From: Polyangiaceae bacterium
GTDB taxonomy: Bacteria; Myxococcota_A; Polyangia; Polyangiales; Polyangiaceae
Assembly (NCBI GenBank): GCA_050287085.1
Contig: JBNKBE010000005.1
Location: 192,001 to 256,000, forward strand
DNA length: 64,000 nt
Reading direction: 5' to 3'
Notes under the pieces: model-generated
Database searches by the model: none
What the model saw: only the letters and a program-made list of their open reading frames with translations
Told to the model about the DNA's origin: nothing
In this document: piece after piece, positions 47,862 to 58,719 of the stretch
How the letters are laid out: each line of letters opens with the position of its first letter
Numbering within the stretch: the stretch's first letter is position 1
Translations under genes and position numbers: made by a program

Positions 47862-49358
47862 CTAACCCGCTGAAATCTCTGTCCCGGCCCCCGAAAATTC
47901 GCCCAATACCACTCTTGCACCGGCCTCCCGAGACGGATATACGTCCACCCTCCACGCGCGAGTGGCGGAATTGGCAGACGCACCGGATTTAGGTTCCGGC
48001 GTAGAGATACGTGGAGGTTCGAGTCCTCTCTCGCGCACAACGCTGATACCAATCAGCTTTTTGGGAACTAGCAGGCCGCGGCCGGTGACCACCCTCACCG
48101 GTTCTGGCCCACCCTTTGGCCCACCCCGCACGGCTTGACAGAACTCGGGAAGTGCGTGGTGAAGCTCGCGAACTTCACCGAGGTCGAGCTCAGCAAGGGA
48201 GCTCGCGTCTTGCCGGTAACGCAAGAGCTCGGTCGAGCGGTGCCCGGTGCGCTGGCGAACCCAGTCCTCGGTGCGCCCCGATGCCAGCGCGCGCGTCACG
48301 AAGCTGCGGCGGAAGCTGTGCGTGCCAAAGGCCCCCCGCACCGCGGTGCGCTCGAAGAGCTCGGGGCGGCGCACCCCCGCCTGCTTGAGATGGCGTCGCA
48401 CCAACTTGGCCAGGTTATCGCGGTCGACGGGCATTCCGGGTTTTTCCGAGAATACCGCAGCATCGGGCCTGGCGGCGTCGCCGAAGCGCTCCTTCCACGC
48501 GCGTAGTGCCTCCGCTACGCCCGGGCTCATCTTCCACCACCGAGGCGAATCCGTCTTGTTCTCGTCGAGCCTGAGCGTGCCGTGCTGCAGGTCCACGCAG
48601 TCCCAGGTAAGCGACAGCGCCTCCTCGCGCCGCATGCCCTCGCGATGCAGAAAGCCGTATAGCAGTCGATAGCCGAGCGGGATGGCCTGGCACGCCAGCA
48701 GCTTGGCGTCCTCCGCGGGTAAAAGGATCGCGTAGGCCTTGCGCGAGTTGGGTCGTGGGAGCCAACCACGCGGGATCGGGCTCGCTGCGATGTGCTTCAA
48801 AGGATAGACCGCCAGCGCCAGCACGCGGTGGACGAGCTGGGCGTACTGCCGGCGCGAGGAGGGAGTGAGCTTGGGCGGCAGCGACGCCATCAGCCGCTCC
48901 GCGTGCTCGAGAGTGAACTCGCACACCGGGACCTCGCCCACAACGGGGTAGACGGACTTCTCGAGCCGCAGCCGATCGTCCTCGGCCGTGCGCTTCTTCC
49001 GCACGTGGTCAGGGAAGCGTTGGTGAAGCTGCCCACTGGTCCAGGCCTCACCGATCTCGCGAAAGGCCACCGCCGACGCTTTCAGGTTTACACTATTCAC
49101 GCCGCACAGCGTTTCACCAAACCGCACAACGTCTTCGAAGTCGGAGCGCTTGCTGACGCCCGCAGCTTTTCTCAGCAGGATGGGCGCCTCTTCAAACTTA
49201 CCCGAGCGCACCAACGCGGCCGCGAGACCCTGCAGGATGGCGTCGCGGCGTGCCGCTTCCACCTCGTCCGTGACGGCGATGACGAAGCGTTGACGTTGGC
49301 CCTTGCCGCAACGCAGGCGCGTGCGAAAGCCGTACGGGGTGCGTTCTAGCGAACTCAT
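47862..49358 (-). CDS. Tyrosine recombinase/integrase whose ORF runs antisense through the tRNA
   Basis: Catalytic R (GMRREE), K (ENKT), HSFR, GH and Y (GHRSTELLRY); GAGG RBS. Confidence 0.92.
   Translation of the reverse strand: MSSLERTPYGFRTRLRCGKGQRQRFVIAVTDEVEAARRDAILQGLAAALVRSGKFEEAPILLRKAAGVSKRSDFEDVVRFGETLCGVNSVNLKASAVAFREIGEAWTSGQLHQRFPDHVRKKRTAEDDRLRLEKSVYPVVGEVPVCEFTLEHAERLMASLPPKLTPSSRRQYAQLVHRVLALAVYPLKHIAASPIPRGWLPRPNSRKAYAILLPAEDAKLLACQAIPLGYRLLYGFLHREGMRREEALSLTWDCVDLQHGTLRLDENKTDSPRWWKMSPGVAEALRAWKERFGDAARPDAAVFSEKPGMPVDRDNLAKLVRRHLKQAGVRRPELFERTAVRGAFGTHSFRRSFVTRALASGRTEDWVRQRTGHRSTELLRYRQDASSLAELDLGEVRELHHALPEFCQAVRGGPKGGPEPVRVVTGRGLLVPKKLIGISVVRERGLEPPRISTPEPKSGASANSATRAWRVDVYPSREAGARVVLGEFSGAGTEISAG
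47915..47943 (+). promoter_or_regulatory. Sigma70-like promoter of the tRNA
   Basis: TTGCAC-N17-TATACG, 12 bp before tRNA 5' end. Confidence 0.6.
47956..48037 (+). tRNA. tRNA-Leu (anticodon TAG); CCA not encoded (followed by CAA)
   Basis: Acceptor GCGCGAG/CTCGCGC, D arm GGCGGAATTGGCAGACGC, anticodon arm CCGGA-TTTAGGT-TCCGG, variable arm, T arm GGAGG-TTCGAGT-CCTCT. Confidence 0.97.
48051..48126 (+). promoter_or_regulatory. att-arm architecture: IHF consensus site, palindrome and arm-type direct repeats
   Basis: AATCAGCTTTTTG (WATCARNNNNTTR) 48051-48063; CCGGTGA-N6-TCACCGG 48082-48101; TGGCCCACCC at 48105-48114 and 48117-48126. Confidence 0.6.
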
Positions 49359-49541
49359 CTGTCCTCTCTCTTCGAGCCATCCGGCGCTGTCCGTTTGACG
49401 AGATTGAACGCTGGCTGCGGCAGAAGCCCCTCGCGCCGGAATACAGCGAAGAAGTCCTGACTCTACATCTCGTGCACTTCGAGGTGCGTCACGCCCGCCC
49501 AGCGGAGCATGCCTGTCAGTCGGGCAACGTCTGCGTGATTG

Positions 49542-49679
49542 TCAGGCGCGAGCACGACGTGAACCCGGGGCTGCCTTGCGGAACGCTTGTCGAAGCCAGT
49601 CCGACATGGATAGGCCATTCGCCTCGGTGACGGCCGTCAACATCTCGTACTCCTCCTCGGTCATACGCACGTTGACCAT
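49542..49679 (-). CDS. Small ribbon-helix-helix (MobC/NikA/CopG-like) protein
   Basis: MVNVRMTEEEYEMLTAVTEANGLSMSDWLRQA (45 aa, below ORF-track cutoff). Confidence 0.65.
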   Translation of the reverse strand: MVNVRMTEEEYEMLTAVTEANGLSMSDWLRQAFRKAAPGSRRARA

Positions 49680-49721
49680 GCGTGCCCGCTTTTCGGTGCT
49701 CCATCATCTCAAGTGGCTTAA

Positions 49722-49750
49722 TGTATAGCCAGCGGCTATCGCCTCAGCAA
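49722..49750 (-). promoter_or_regulatory. Promoter with overlapping palindrome upstream of RHH gene
   Basis: Minus strand TTGCTG-N17-TATACA; ATAGCC-N3-GGCTAT at 49725-49739. Confidence 0.5.
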
Positions 49751-50252
49751 GGGCAACTGTCCGCTTCGGCCTGCCGTTGCGTTTCCTGTGGGGCGCGCTC
49801 CACGGCGACTGGAACCCGCGGCTTCCTGCAACGGACTTGAGACTCTGATCGCGGTGGCCGTTGGCGGCTGCGGCACATCGATTAAGGACCGGGGGTGGGC
49901 TCCTCGCTGGGCTAGGCTCGCGTGCTGAACCATGCAGGAGCGGCCGCGCGGCGGTACACTCTTCGCTGTGAAGACGACCTTTCTTCCGTCGTCTCGTCAT
50001 CCCTTCCCGCGGGGCGTCTAGTCTCCCGAGGCAAGAAGGGTCGCAGCACGGCGGACGTCCACGCAAGACAGGCCCTCGGCAATCGCCACCATGACGAGTG
50101 CGACGGGGTGGGCTTCGGCACGTCGCTCACGCGCGGCCTCCACGCAGGTTTTCTTTTTTTGGGCGACAAGCGCCGCCAAAGACACGCCCGATGGGCGCTG
50201 TGACTGTCACCCTGTCGCTACCTTGCGTGGCGTGGCGGCGCAGGCGACAAGG

Positions 50253-51060
50253 TCACGCCGTCCCTGTCCGTGCGGCATCGTTGAGGCGCCGCCCCCACTC
50301 CATCGGGTCGTCGCCAGCGCGCGTGCCTCGCTGGACGGGGGGCGCGGCTTGAGCGGGGTGCTCCCAGTCCTTAGGGCGGAGCCAGTTCCGGAACGCGGCA
50401 CTCCAGTCCAAGCGCGCCTCCTTCCACTCGTGGTCTCTGAACCTGGCAAGCTCGAGCTCAAGGTTGCGACCGTAGCGCCTGGCCAGCTCTCGGTGACCGT
50501 CGTTCGGCTGCCAGGAATCGGGAACTCGCCTGGACCGTTTGCCGCACACTTCCTTGCGCGAATTCCAATGGGTTCCTTTATTGGTTACTTCCCTAGGTTC
50601 CTTAGGGGACCCCTCCTGCACTAGTGTTGGTACCCCTGGTGCACTGATGACGACACCCGTGGCGCACTGGTACGGTTCGGGTACCGGTACCCTCCGTGCA
50701 CTCGTACTGGTGCGCGTCGGGTACTGGTGCAGGTCGGGCACTGGTGGCCCCCGCGTCGGGAAGCGTCATCAGCCCCGTAAGGCCGTAGTGATTTGTTGGC
50801 TTGGCGCCCCGCACGACAGCGCCCCCCACGGTTGGCCTGCGGGTGCTCACCGCAATTGCGCCCTGCGCCAAGAGGCCGCGGATGGCGGCAAGCACGGCAT
50901 GCCGGGACAGACCCGTCTTGCGCTGCAGTTCGCTCAAGGACGGCCAGGGTTCGGGGCTCGACGGGCTCCAGTTGTCCAAAAGGGCGAGTGCCAAGAGTTT
51001 CTCCAAGGGCTTGAGCTTCGAATTGAAAACGCGCCGCTGCCCGCCAAGGAGATCCATCAT
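50253..51060 (-). pseudogene. Phage-type replication initiator (N-terminal wHTH, C-terminal DnaT-like WxxxFRNW domain), split by a frameshift
   Basis: HTH WPSLSELQRKTGLSRHAVLAAIRGL in frame ending 50602; FRDHEW...DWSAAFRNWLR in frame ending 50253. Confidence 0.7.
50618..50745 (+). repeat. Iteron-like array inside the initiator gene
   Basis: GYACTGGT-like octamers at 50618, 50641, 50664, 50681, 50698, 50704, 50721, 50738. Confidence 0.7.
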
Positions 51061-51773
51061 CCCCAGTCCTCGACGATAGTTCCGTCGTGCACGAGCCGGC
51101 GATACAGTGCCGCGCCGTAGCGGGCGGCGAATTGCTCGGGCGTGAGTCCCGTCGTCACGATCATCGGGCGCCGCTGCCGGTAGCGATGATCGATGACCTC
51201 CATTAGCGCATCGCTTGAGGGTTCGAATCCGAGCTCGTCTAGAACGAGCACGGTGGTGGTCTGGGCGTGGACGATGAGCGGGGGCTCGGCGCCGAGAGGG
51301 GCGTTGCGACGGGCATACGCGAGCTCGAACCCCGAGACCCAGGCGAAGCCCCACAGCTCGGCACGCTCGCGCCTGCGGAGCGCGGCCACCGCAGCCTCGT
51401 ACTGGGCGTGCAGGCGTGCGACAACAGCGGCGGACTTGCCCACGCCGGTGGGCCCCGAAACGAACAGAGAGCGGTGTCGCGGATGCCACCGGCGAACGCC
51501 CTCGACGACCTTGGGCGAGGCGAGGCGGCAGAACTCACCGTTGCCAAAGCGTGCGTAGCTCCACCTCGGCGTGGCCAGTCGCACGCCCTGGGGGCCGTCG
51601 AGGCTCCCTTCGAATTGCTTGGTCGCCGCAGCCACTGCCCGATCGACCGGGTTCTTGCTCCGACGGTGGAGGCAGTACAGGTGCGCTGGGGCACCCGTGA
51701 CGTCGCGATATTGCTGGCCCACGACCGGCTGGTCGCAGAACGGACAAACGATCGACTGGGCGACGCCCATCAC
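51057..51773 (-). CDS. DnaC/IstB-like AAA+ ATPase (helicase loader)
   Basis: N-terminal CPFC..HxxC, Walker A GPTGVGKS, Walker B LVLDELG, IDHRY...IVTT...RYG...RRL. Confidence 0.85.
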   Translation of the reverse strand: MMGVAQSIVCPFCDQPVVGQQYRDVTGAPAHLYCLHRRSKNPVDRAVAAATKQFEGSLDGPQGVRLATPRWSYARFGNGEFCRLASPKVVEGVRRWHPRHRSLFVSGPTGVGKSAAVVARLHAQYEAAVAALRRRERAELWGFAWVSGFELAYARRNAPLGAEPPLIVHAQTTTVLVLDELGFEPSSDALMEVIDHRYRQRRPMIVTTGLTPEQFAARYGAALYRRLVHDGTIVEDWG

Positions 51774-51994
51774 CGCGAACCTCTGTAGAGCTTGACCTGG
51801 CGTCGGCTCCCCATCTCGAGGCGGACCCGGTCCACTACGAGGGCGGCTAGGTGGCTGTCGCCACGTGCCCGAGGCGGGCGCAGGGTTGACGGGACCAGAC
51901 GCTTAAGGCGGTTGCGCGACTCGTGGGTCATGCAGAGGCTGGTCGCCTCCGCGAGCGCAACTGTGATGCCACCGTAGCCACGCGCCACAAGCAT
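51770..51994 (-). CDS. Small hypothetical protein
   Basis: Start and stop overlap both neighbours (translational coupling). Confidence 0.5.
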   Translation of the reverse strand: MLVARGYGGITVALAEATSLCMTHESRNRLKRLVPSTLRPPRARGDSHLAALVVDRVRLEMGSRRQVKLYRGSR

Positions 51995-52308
51995 CAGCGC
52001 CCCCCCACGAGTCGCAGTTCCGCTCGCAGTTCGTCGACGGGGCTCGGCTGCGCTTTGGGGCCGGCTGGTGTACGCAGCGCCTGCGCTACGGCCTCGTTCG
52101 ACAACAGGAAGCGACGTCCGACCTGTGCCGCTCCAGGCTTTCCTAACCCGATGAGTGTGCGCGCCGTCGCGATGTGACGACGCCGACCCAACGGGCTCGC
52201 AGCCTGGTCTAACCAGCCCGAGCCGGTGCCAGTGAGCAGACGCGACGCGACGCGGTCGGCAATAGCGTCCGCGAGCACTTCGAACGCCGCGGCGAGTGAC
52301 TCCTTCAC
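51994..52308 (-). CDS. Small excisionase-like/hypothetical DNA-binding protein
   Basis: LADAIADRVA N-helix, WLDQ, QVGRRFLL wing-like segment. Confidence 0.55.
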   Translation of the reverse strand: MKESLAAAFEVLADAIADRVASRLLTGTGSGWLDQAASPLGRRRHIATARTLIGLGKPGAAQVGRRFLLSNEAVAQALRTPAGPKAQPSPVDELRAELRLVGGR

Positions 52309-52481
52309 GCGCGCGCTCCGATGAGCCCGCGCCGGTAAAGCGCGGCCCTTACCCGCTCGCCGGCGCGGCCTCGAATGGGGGGCCTTTCCCCGCGCGAGGC
52401 GGCGATGGCGTTTCGGACAGTGCGGGGGTCAACAACTGCTTCAGCAGCGACCAGTAGGATCGTCGTGTCGTCGATACTCAT
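52305..52481 (-). CDS. Small Cro-like HTH protein (58 aa)
   Basis: MSIDDTTILLVAAEAVVDPRTVRNAI...RGRAGERVRAAL; stop overlaps GTG of next gene; below ORF-track cutoff. Confidence 0.6.
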   Translation of the reverse strand: MSIDDTTILLVAAEAVVDPRTVRNAIAASRGERPPIRGRAGERVRAALYRRGLIGARA

Positions 52482-52555
52482 GGGGCTACATCATGGGCAC
52501 CAGGCGCAGCGGAAGTCACCAGCGTAGAGGGATGACGTTGCGAGTCGTAGCAACC

Positions 52556-53416
52556 TCAAGACGGTAACGATTCCGAACCCAGAAGAAAGCTGTTGGACGC
52601 TTCCGACTTCAGGAAGTTATCGGCTTCCGTCTTCGAAACTCCAACGCAGCGGATGGTGGCGCGAGCGTACGCTCGGAAGTCGGTCGCCTTCTTCCCCTTC
52701 GAGATCCGGACCCATGAAGCGAGCAGTCCCGTCCACTCTGCTCTAAAGTACCGCTCCCACTCGAGCCAGTCGGGCCCCTGGCGCAACTCCCACAGCCGAA
52801 GCCACATGGGGTGGTCTGGGACCTCCGGGTCGTCGCGGTCACGCAGCTCTGAGACCGCCGGGTCGGCGGGGTCAAGCAGCTCTGGGCTGTTCGCGAACTG
52901 CAGCACGAAGCGAGTGAAGCGGAGGTCCGCGCACTCATTCTTCTCGTAGACGTGTTGACTCAGGCCAGAGGCAGCTCGGAGCACGCCCATGACCGACCGC
53001 AGGAAATCTTCTGACGGTACGTCCGGCGACTCGCGCATCGCATTGAGACCTCTCCGCACCGCCCCCCTCAACATCGCAAGGTCGGAGCTGCGGTAGAACG
53101 ACTGGGGATAGCCAAGCAGTCGACGTGCTACTGTCGCCAGCTCGAGCCGCCCGCCCTCGATCTTCTCTCGGACTGGAGGCCAACGCGGATCGGGCACTAC
53201 CTCCTTATAGTAATCAAGGTTCTGCACCTGGTAGGACGCAAACCGAAGGGCTCTGACCACCGTTGCCTCATCAGGCCGCCCAGACTCCTTGAATCCCTCT
53301 TCTAGGGCCAGTAGGGCCGCGATCATTTGCTGACTGCCGCGAGGAACCCCGTTCCTTTCTGGTACTAGCTTACGCGGGCGCTTCTTCCCTGTTATCTTCT
53401 TCTCTGTCACTTGCAC
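52556..53416 (-). CDS. Hypothetical protein
   Basis: 286-aa ORF, basic N-terminus, no recognised motif. Confidence 0.55.
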   Translation of the reverse strand: MQVTEKKITGKKRPRKLVPERNGVPRGSQQMIAALLALEEGFKESGRPDEATVVRALRFASYQVQNLDYYKEVVPDPRWPPVREKIEGGRLELATVARRLLGYPQSFYRSSDLAMLRGAVRRGLNAMRESPDVPSEDFLRSVMGVLRAASGLSQHVYEKNECADLRFTRFVLQFANSPELLDPADPAVSELRDRDDPEVPDHPMWLRLWELRQGPDWLEWERYFRAEWTGLLASWVRISKGKKATDFRAYARATIRCVGVSKTEADNFLKSEASNSFLLGSESLPS

Positions 53417-53876
53417 TGACCCGGTTCCCCCCGAGGGGTTGGCGCGCCGCCGGGGGGGTCTTTCTGTTTTGGGAGTCTACTCGATTTCGCCAGCGCGCAG
53501 GCGCAAGCAACGCGGGCCGCCAACAGCATTCGGTTGAGCTGAAGAAGGTTCTCGCTCGGCGTGCTGTCTCGTCTTGGAACGCGAGCGCGTGTCCGACGAG
53601 CTAGCTACGAGGGGAGCACGACGCAAGGCTGCTGCCGGAGCGGACCACATTGTACCAGCTCGCCAATGCCATCACCGGTGCCGCCCACGCAGCGGAGCTG
53701 GCACGGCGGCTCGAGATCCAGATACGCGCCCGGGGGCTGCGACAGCGGGAGCTCAGAGCCGAGTAAGACACCCTCCCACCCGGCGGATGCTCACCGTGCA
53801 CCGGCTCGCCGTCGGCTCCTCCGGACTTGGGGCAACGGCAGCCGGCCCAGGCTCCGCACATTCAATAGCCACAGTT

Positions 53877-53948
53877 TTCCCAGCTTGCCGGTCGTGATTT
53901 TCGAAGGGTAGTCTTCCCCAACCTTGCCGATCTCTTCCCAAGTTTGCC
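53877..53948 (+). repeat. Three imperfect direct repeats TTCCC(C)A-N2-3-TTGCC upstream of the HTH/hsd operon
   Basis: Copies at 53877, 53914, 53935. Confidence 0.6.
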
Positions 53949-53959
53949 CAACTGCTCCC

Positions 53960-54312
53960 ATGCCTGAAGAGTTCCTGACGCTGCCCCAAGTGGCCGAACT
54001 GCTACAGGTCGCCACGAAGACGCCATGATGGCGACGGGCGAGCTTTCGGGCTTCAAGGTGGGAGGCCAGTGGCGCTTCAAGCGCGCCGACCTGGACCAGT
54101 GTGTCGAGGAGCAGAAGCAGGGCGCTTCAGCAAGACTGGGCGCTACGGCCCACAAGCAGAGCGCTCCGGCCAAGCACAGCACCCAGTCCAAGAAGACGCG
54201 CCCCAAGGCGCTGACGAAAAAAAGCGACCCGCAGAAGAAGGATGCCAAGAAGGCGACCGCGGGAGCCAAGAAGTCCAGCACCGAGTCGGCGGCTAGCAAG
54301 ACCCGCCGCTAG
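53960..54312 (+). pseudogene. Excisionase-family (HTH_17) DNA-binding protein with Lys/Ala-rich tail, split by frameshift
   Basis: MPEEFLTLPQVAELLQVATKT(P*) 53960-54028, then MMATGELSGFKVGGQWRFKRADLD 54025-54312. Confidence 0.75.
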
Positions 54313-54342
54313 TAGCTTTGCCACAACTTTTCTCTGCACCAC

Positions 54343-56659
<2,317 letters not shown>

Positions 56660-56663
<4 letters not shown>

Positions 56664-58015
56664 CGGGGGCCTACCAGCGGCGCGACTCGCTCCGCGAATC
56701 GGGGGCACAGTGGCTCGGCGCGGTCCCGGACTTCTGGCCCGTTGTACGGCTAAAGACTCGGTTTGAGATCCGCAAAGACATCGCCGGAACACTGGGATTC
56801 GATGTGCTCTCGGTGACCCAGCGAGGGCTCAAGAAGAAGGACCTGACCTCGGGCGAAGGGCAACTCTCAATGGACTACTCCAAGTACCAGCTAGTTCGTC
56901 CCGACGACTTCGTGATGAACCACATGGACTTGTTGACCGGCTACATCGATGTTGCCGCTCAGAGGGGAGTCACTAGTCCAGACTATCGGGTCTTCGTCCC
57001 CCGACACGGAATCGAACTCGCTAGGCGCCACTACCTGTACATCTTCCAGATGTGCTACACGTATCGAGTCTTCTATCCTTTGGGGCAGGGAAGCGCGCAG
57101 TTGGGTCGCTGGCGTCTGCCTCGAAAGGCTTTCGAGGAGTTCCTCCTCCCTGTTCCGCCCCTCGACGAACAAACCCAGATCGCCAAGTTTCTCGACTACG
57201 AGACGGCGAAGATATCCCAGCTCATCGACAGGCAGCAGCAGCTCATCGCGTTGCTCAAGGAGAAGCGCCAGGCCGTCATCAGCCACGCGGTCACCAAGGG
57301 CCTCAACCCCAACGCCCCCATGAAAGACTCCGGCGTCGAATGGCTCGGCGAAGTGCCGGCGCATTGGGAGGTGTGTCGGGTCAAGCAGGTGACCGGCTTC
57401 ATCACCTCAGGCCCGCGAGGCTGGTCCGACCTCATCACCGACGACGGGACAGACGTCTTCCTCCAGAGTGGCGATCTCAACGACAAGCTTGGCCTCGAGC
57501 TCGATTCAGCCAAGCGAATTCGCCCCCCTCAAAACGCGGAGGGGGTGCGCACCCGGATGCAGGAAGGCGACGTGGTCGTCTGCATCACTGGCGCCAACAC
57601 GGGCCGCGCAGCGGTAGCCAATGACCTTCGTTGCACAGTCTTCGTGAACCAGCACCTCAGCCTCGTCAGGCCGCTGAAGAACAGGGTGCACCCAACCTAT
57701 CTGGCAACACTTCTAGCCTCGTCCGCCGTCAAGGCGTACTTCGCAGTCAAGCAGTACGGCCTGAAGGAGGGGCTGAGCCTTACTAACGTGGCCGAATCGC
57801 CCTCGTGCGTCCCACCAATCGAAGAACAACTGGCAATCATCCAACATGTTCGTCGTCTTGAGGTGCAGTTGGACCGGCTCGAGGATGCCGCATCCTCGCA
57901 GGTCTCCCTCCTCCAAGAACGCCGCACCGCCCTCATCTCCGCCGCCGTCACCGGTAAGATCGACGTCCGCAACTGGCGCCCCCCTGAACACGAAGCCACC
58001 CAGGAGCTCGCATGA
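56660..58015 (+). CDS. hsdS: Type I R-M specificity subunit
   Basis: Two TRDs, [57 protein letters not shown]. Confidence 0.95.
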
Positions 58016-58695
58016 GCCGGGACGCAGACGCTGAGTATGTCCGGGATACGCTCGGCGACCTGTATGGTGTGACGCTGAGACGAATTCCGGAGTCCAAAAA
58101 GGAAGAGGGGAAGTCTGCTGACCTGGAGCTCCTGGTCAGCGACCAGCGCACTGCTGTATTGGATGTATTGGAGGTGAAGACCATCGAAGAGACGCCCCGC
58201 ACTGAGGAGAACGGTTTCCGCAAGGATGGCATCTGGACAGTGCGTACCGACAACTCCCCCAAACGCGTAGGAACGCTGATTCACAAGGCGTGGAAGCAGC
58301 TATCCACCTACCCCGAAGAGCTGCCCAGAGTGCTGGTGCTCGTAAACGATGAGGGTGGCGCTGACGTTCAGGACTTGGAGGAGGCGTTCCAAGGCTTTCT
58401 CGACTACGGCGGCGACGAGGGGGCAACCATGCGCAACGTGGCGTCACGGAAGATCGCCGCCGGGCGCATCCGCGATGAGAAGTGGCGCATCGACCTCTAC
58501 ATCTGGATAGACCGCCACTACGGCACTGGAACCACCGTGCAGGTCTTCCCCACGGGCGGCACCCCAAAGCTTGAGCGGCGCACGTTGGGCCCCTACTTTC
58601 GCTGCACTAGCGAACGAGGCAACGAACTCATGCGCGCTCACTTTCACGCGGAAGGGGCGACGACACCAACCGAGGTCCGAGGAGTGGGGCTGTGA
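58012..58695 (+). CDS. Hypothetical protein, putative PD-(D/E)XK fold
   Basis: KSADLELL...VLEVKT and KAWKQL; ATGA overlap with hsdS. Confidence 0.6.
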   Translation: MSRDADAEYVRDTLGDLYGVTLRRIPESKKEEGKSADLELLVSDQRTAVLDVLEVKTIEETPRTEENGFRKDGIWTVRTDNSPKRVGTLIHKAWKQLSTYPEELPRVLVLVNDEGGADVQDLEEAFQGFLDYGGDEGATMRNVASRKIAAGRIRDEKWRIDLYIWIDRHYGTGTTVQVFPTGGTPKLERRTLGPYFRCTSERGNELMRAHFHAEGATTPTEVRGVGL

Positions 58696-58719
58696 CCTTG
58701 CAGTTAGGGGGAGCGGGCC

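Noticed and set aside
49704..50250. Several short overlapping ORFs between the initiator and RHH genes
   Set aside because: No recognisable motif or convincing start in any frame
51061..51489. N-terminal half of the 295-aa ORF 50602-51489
   Set aside because: Out-of-frame overlap with the DnaC-like gene; the likely start is the ATGA overlap at 51060
51057..51773. IS21 element (IstB)
   Set aside because: No IstA transposase or terminal inverted repeats nearby; context is a replication module
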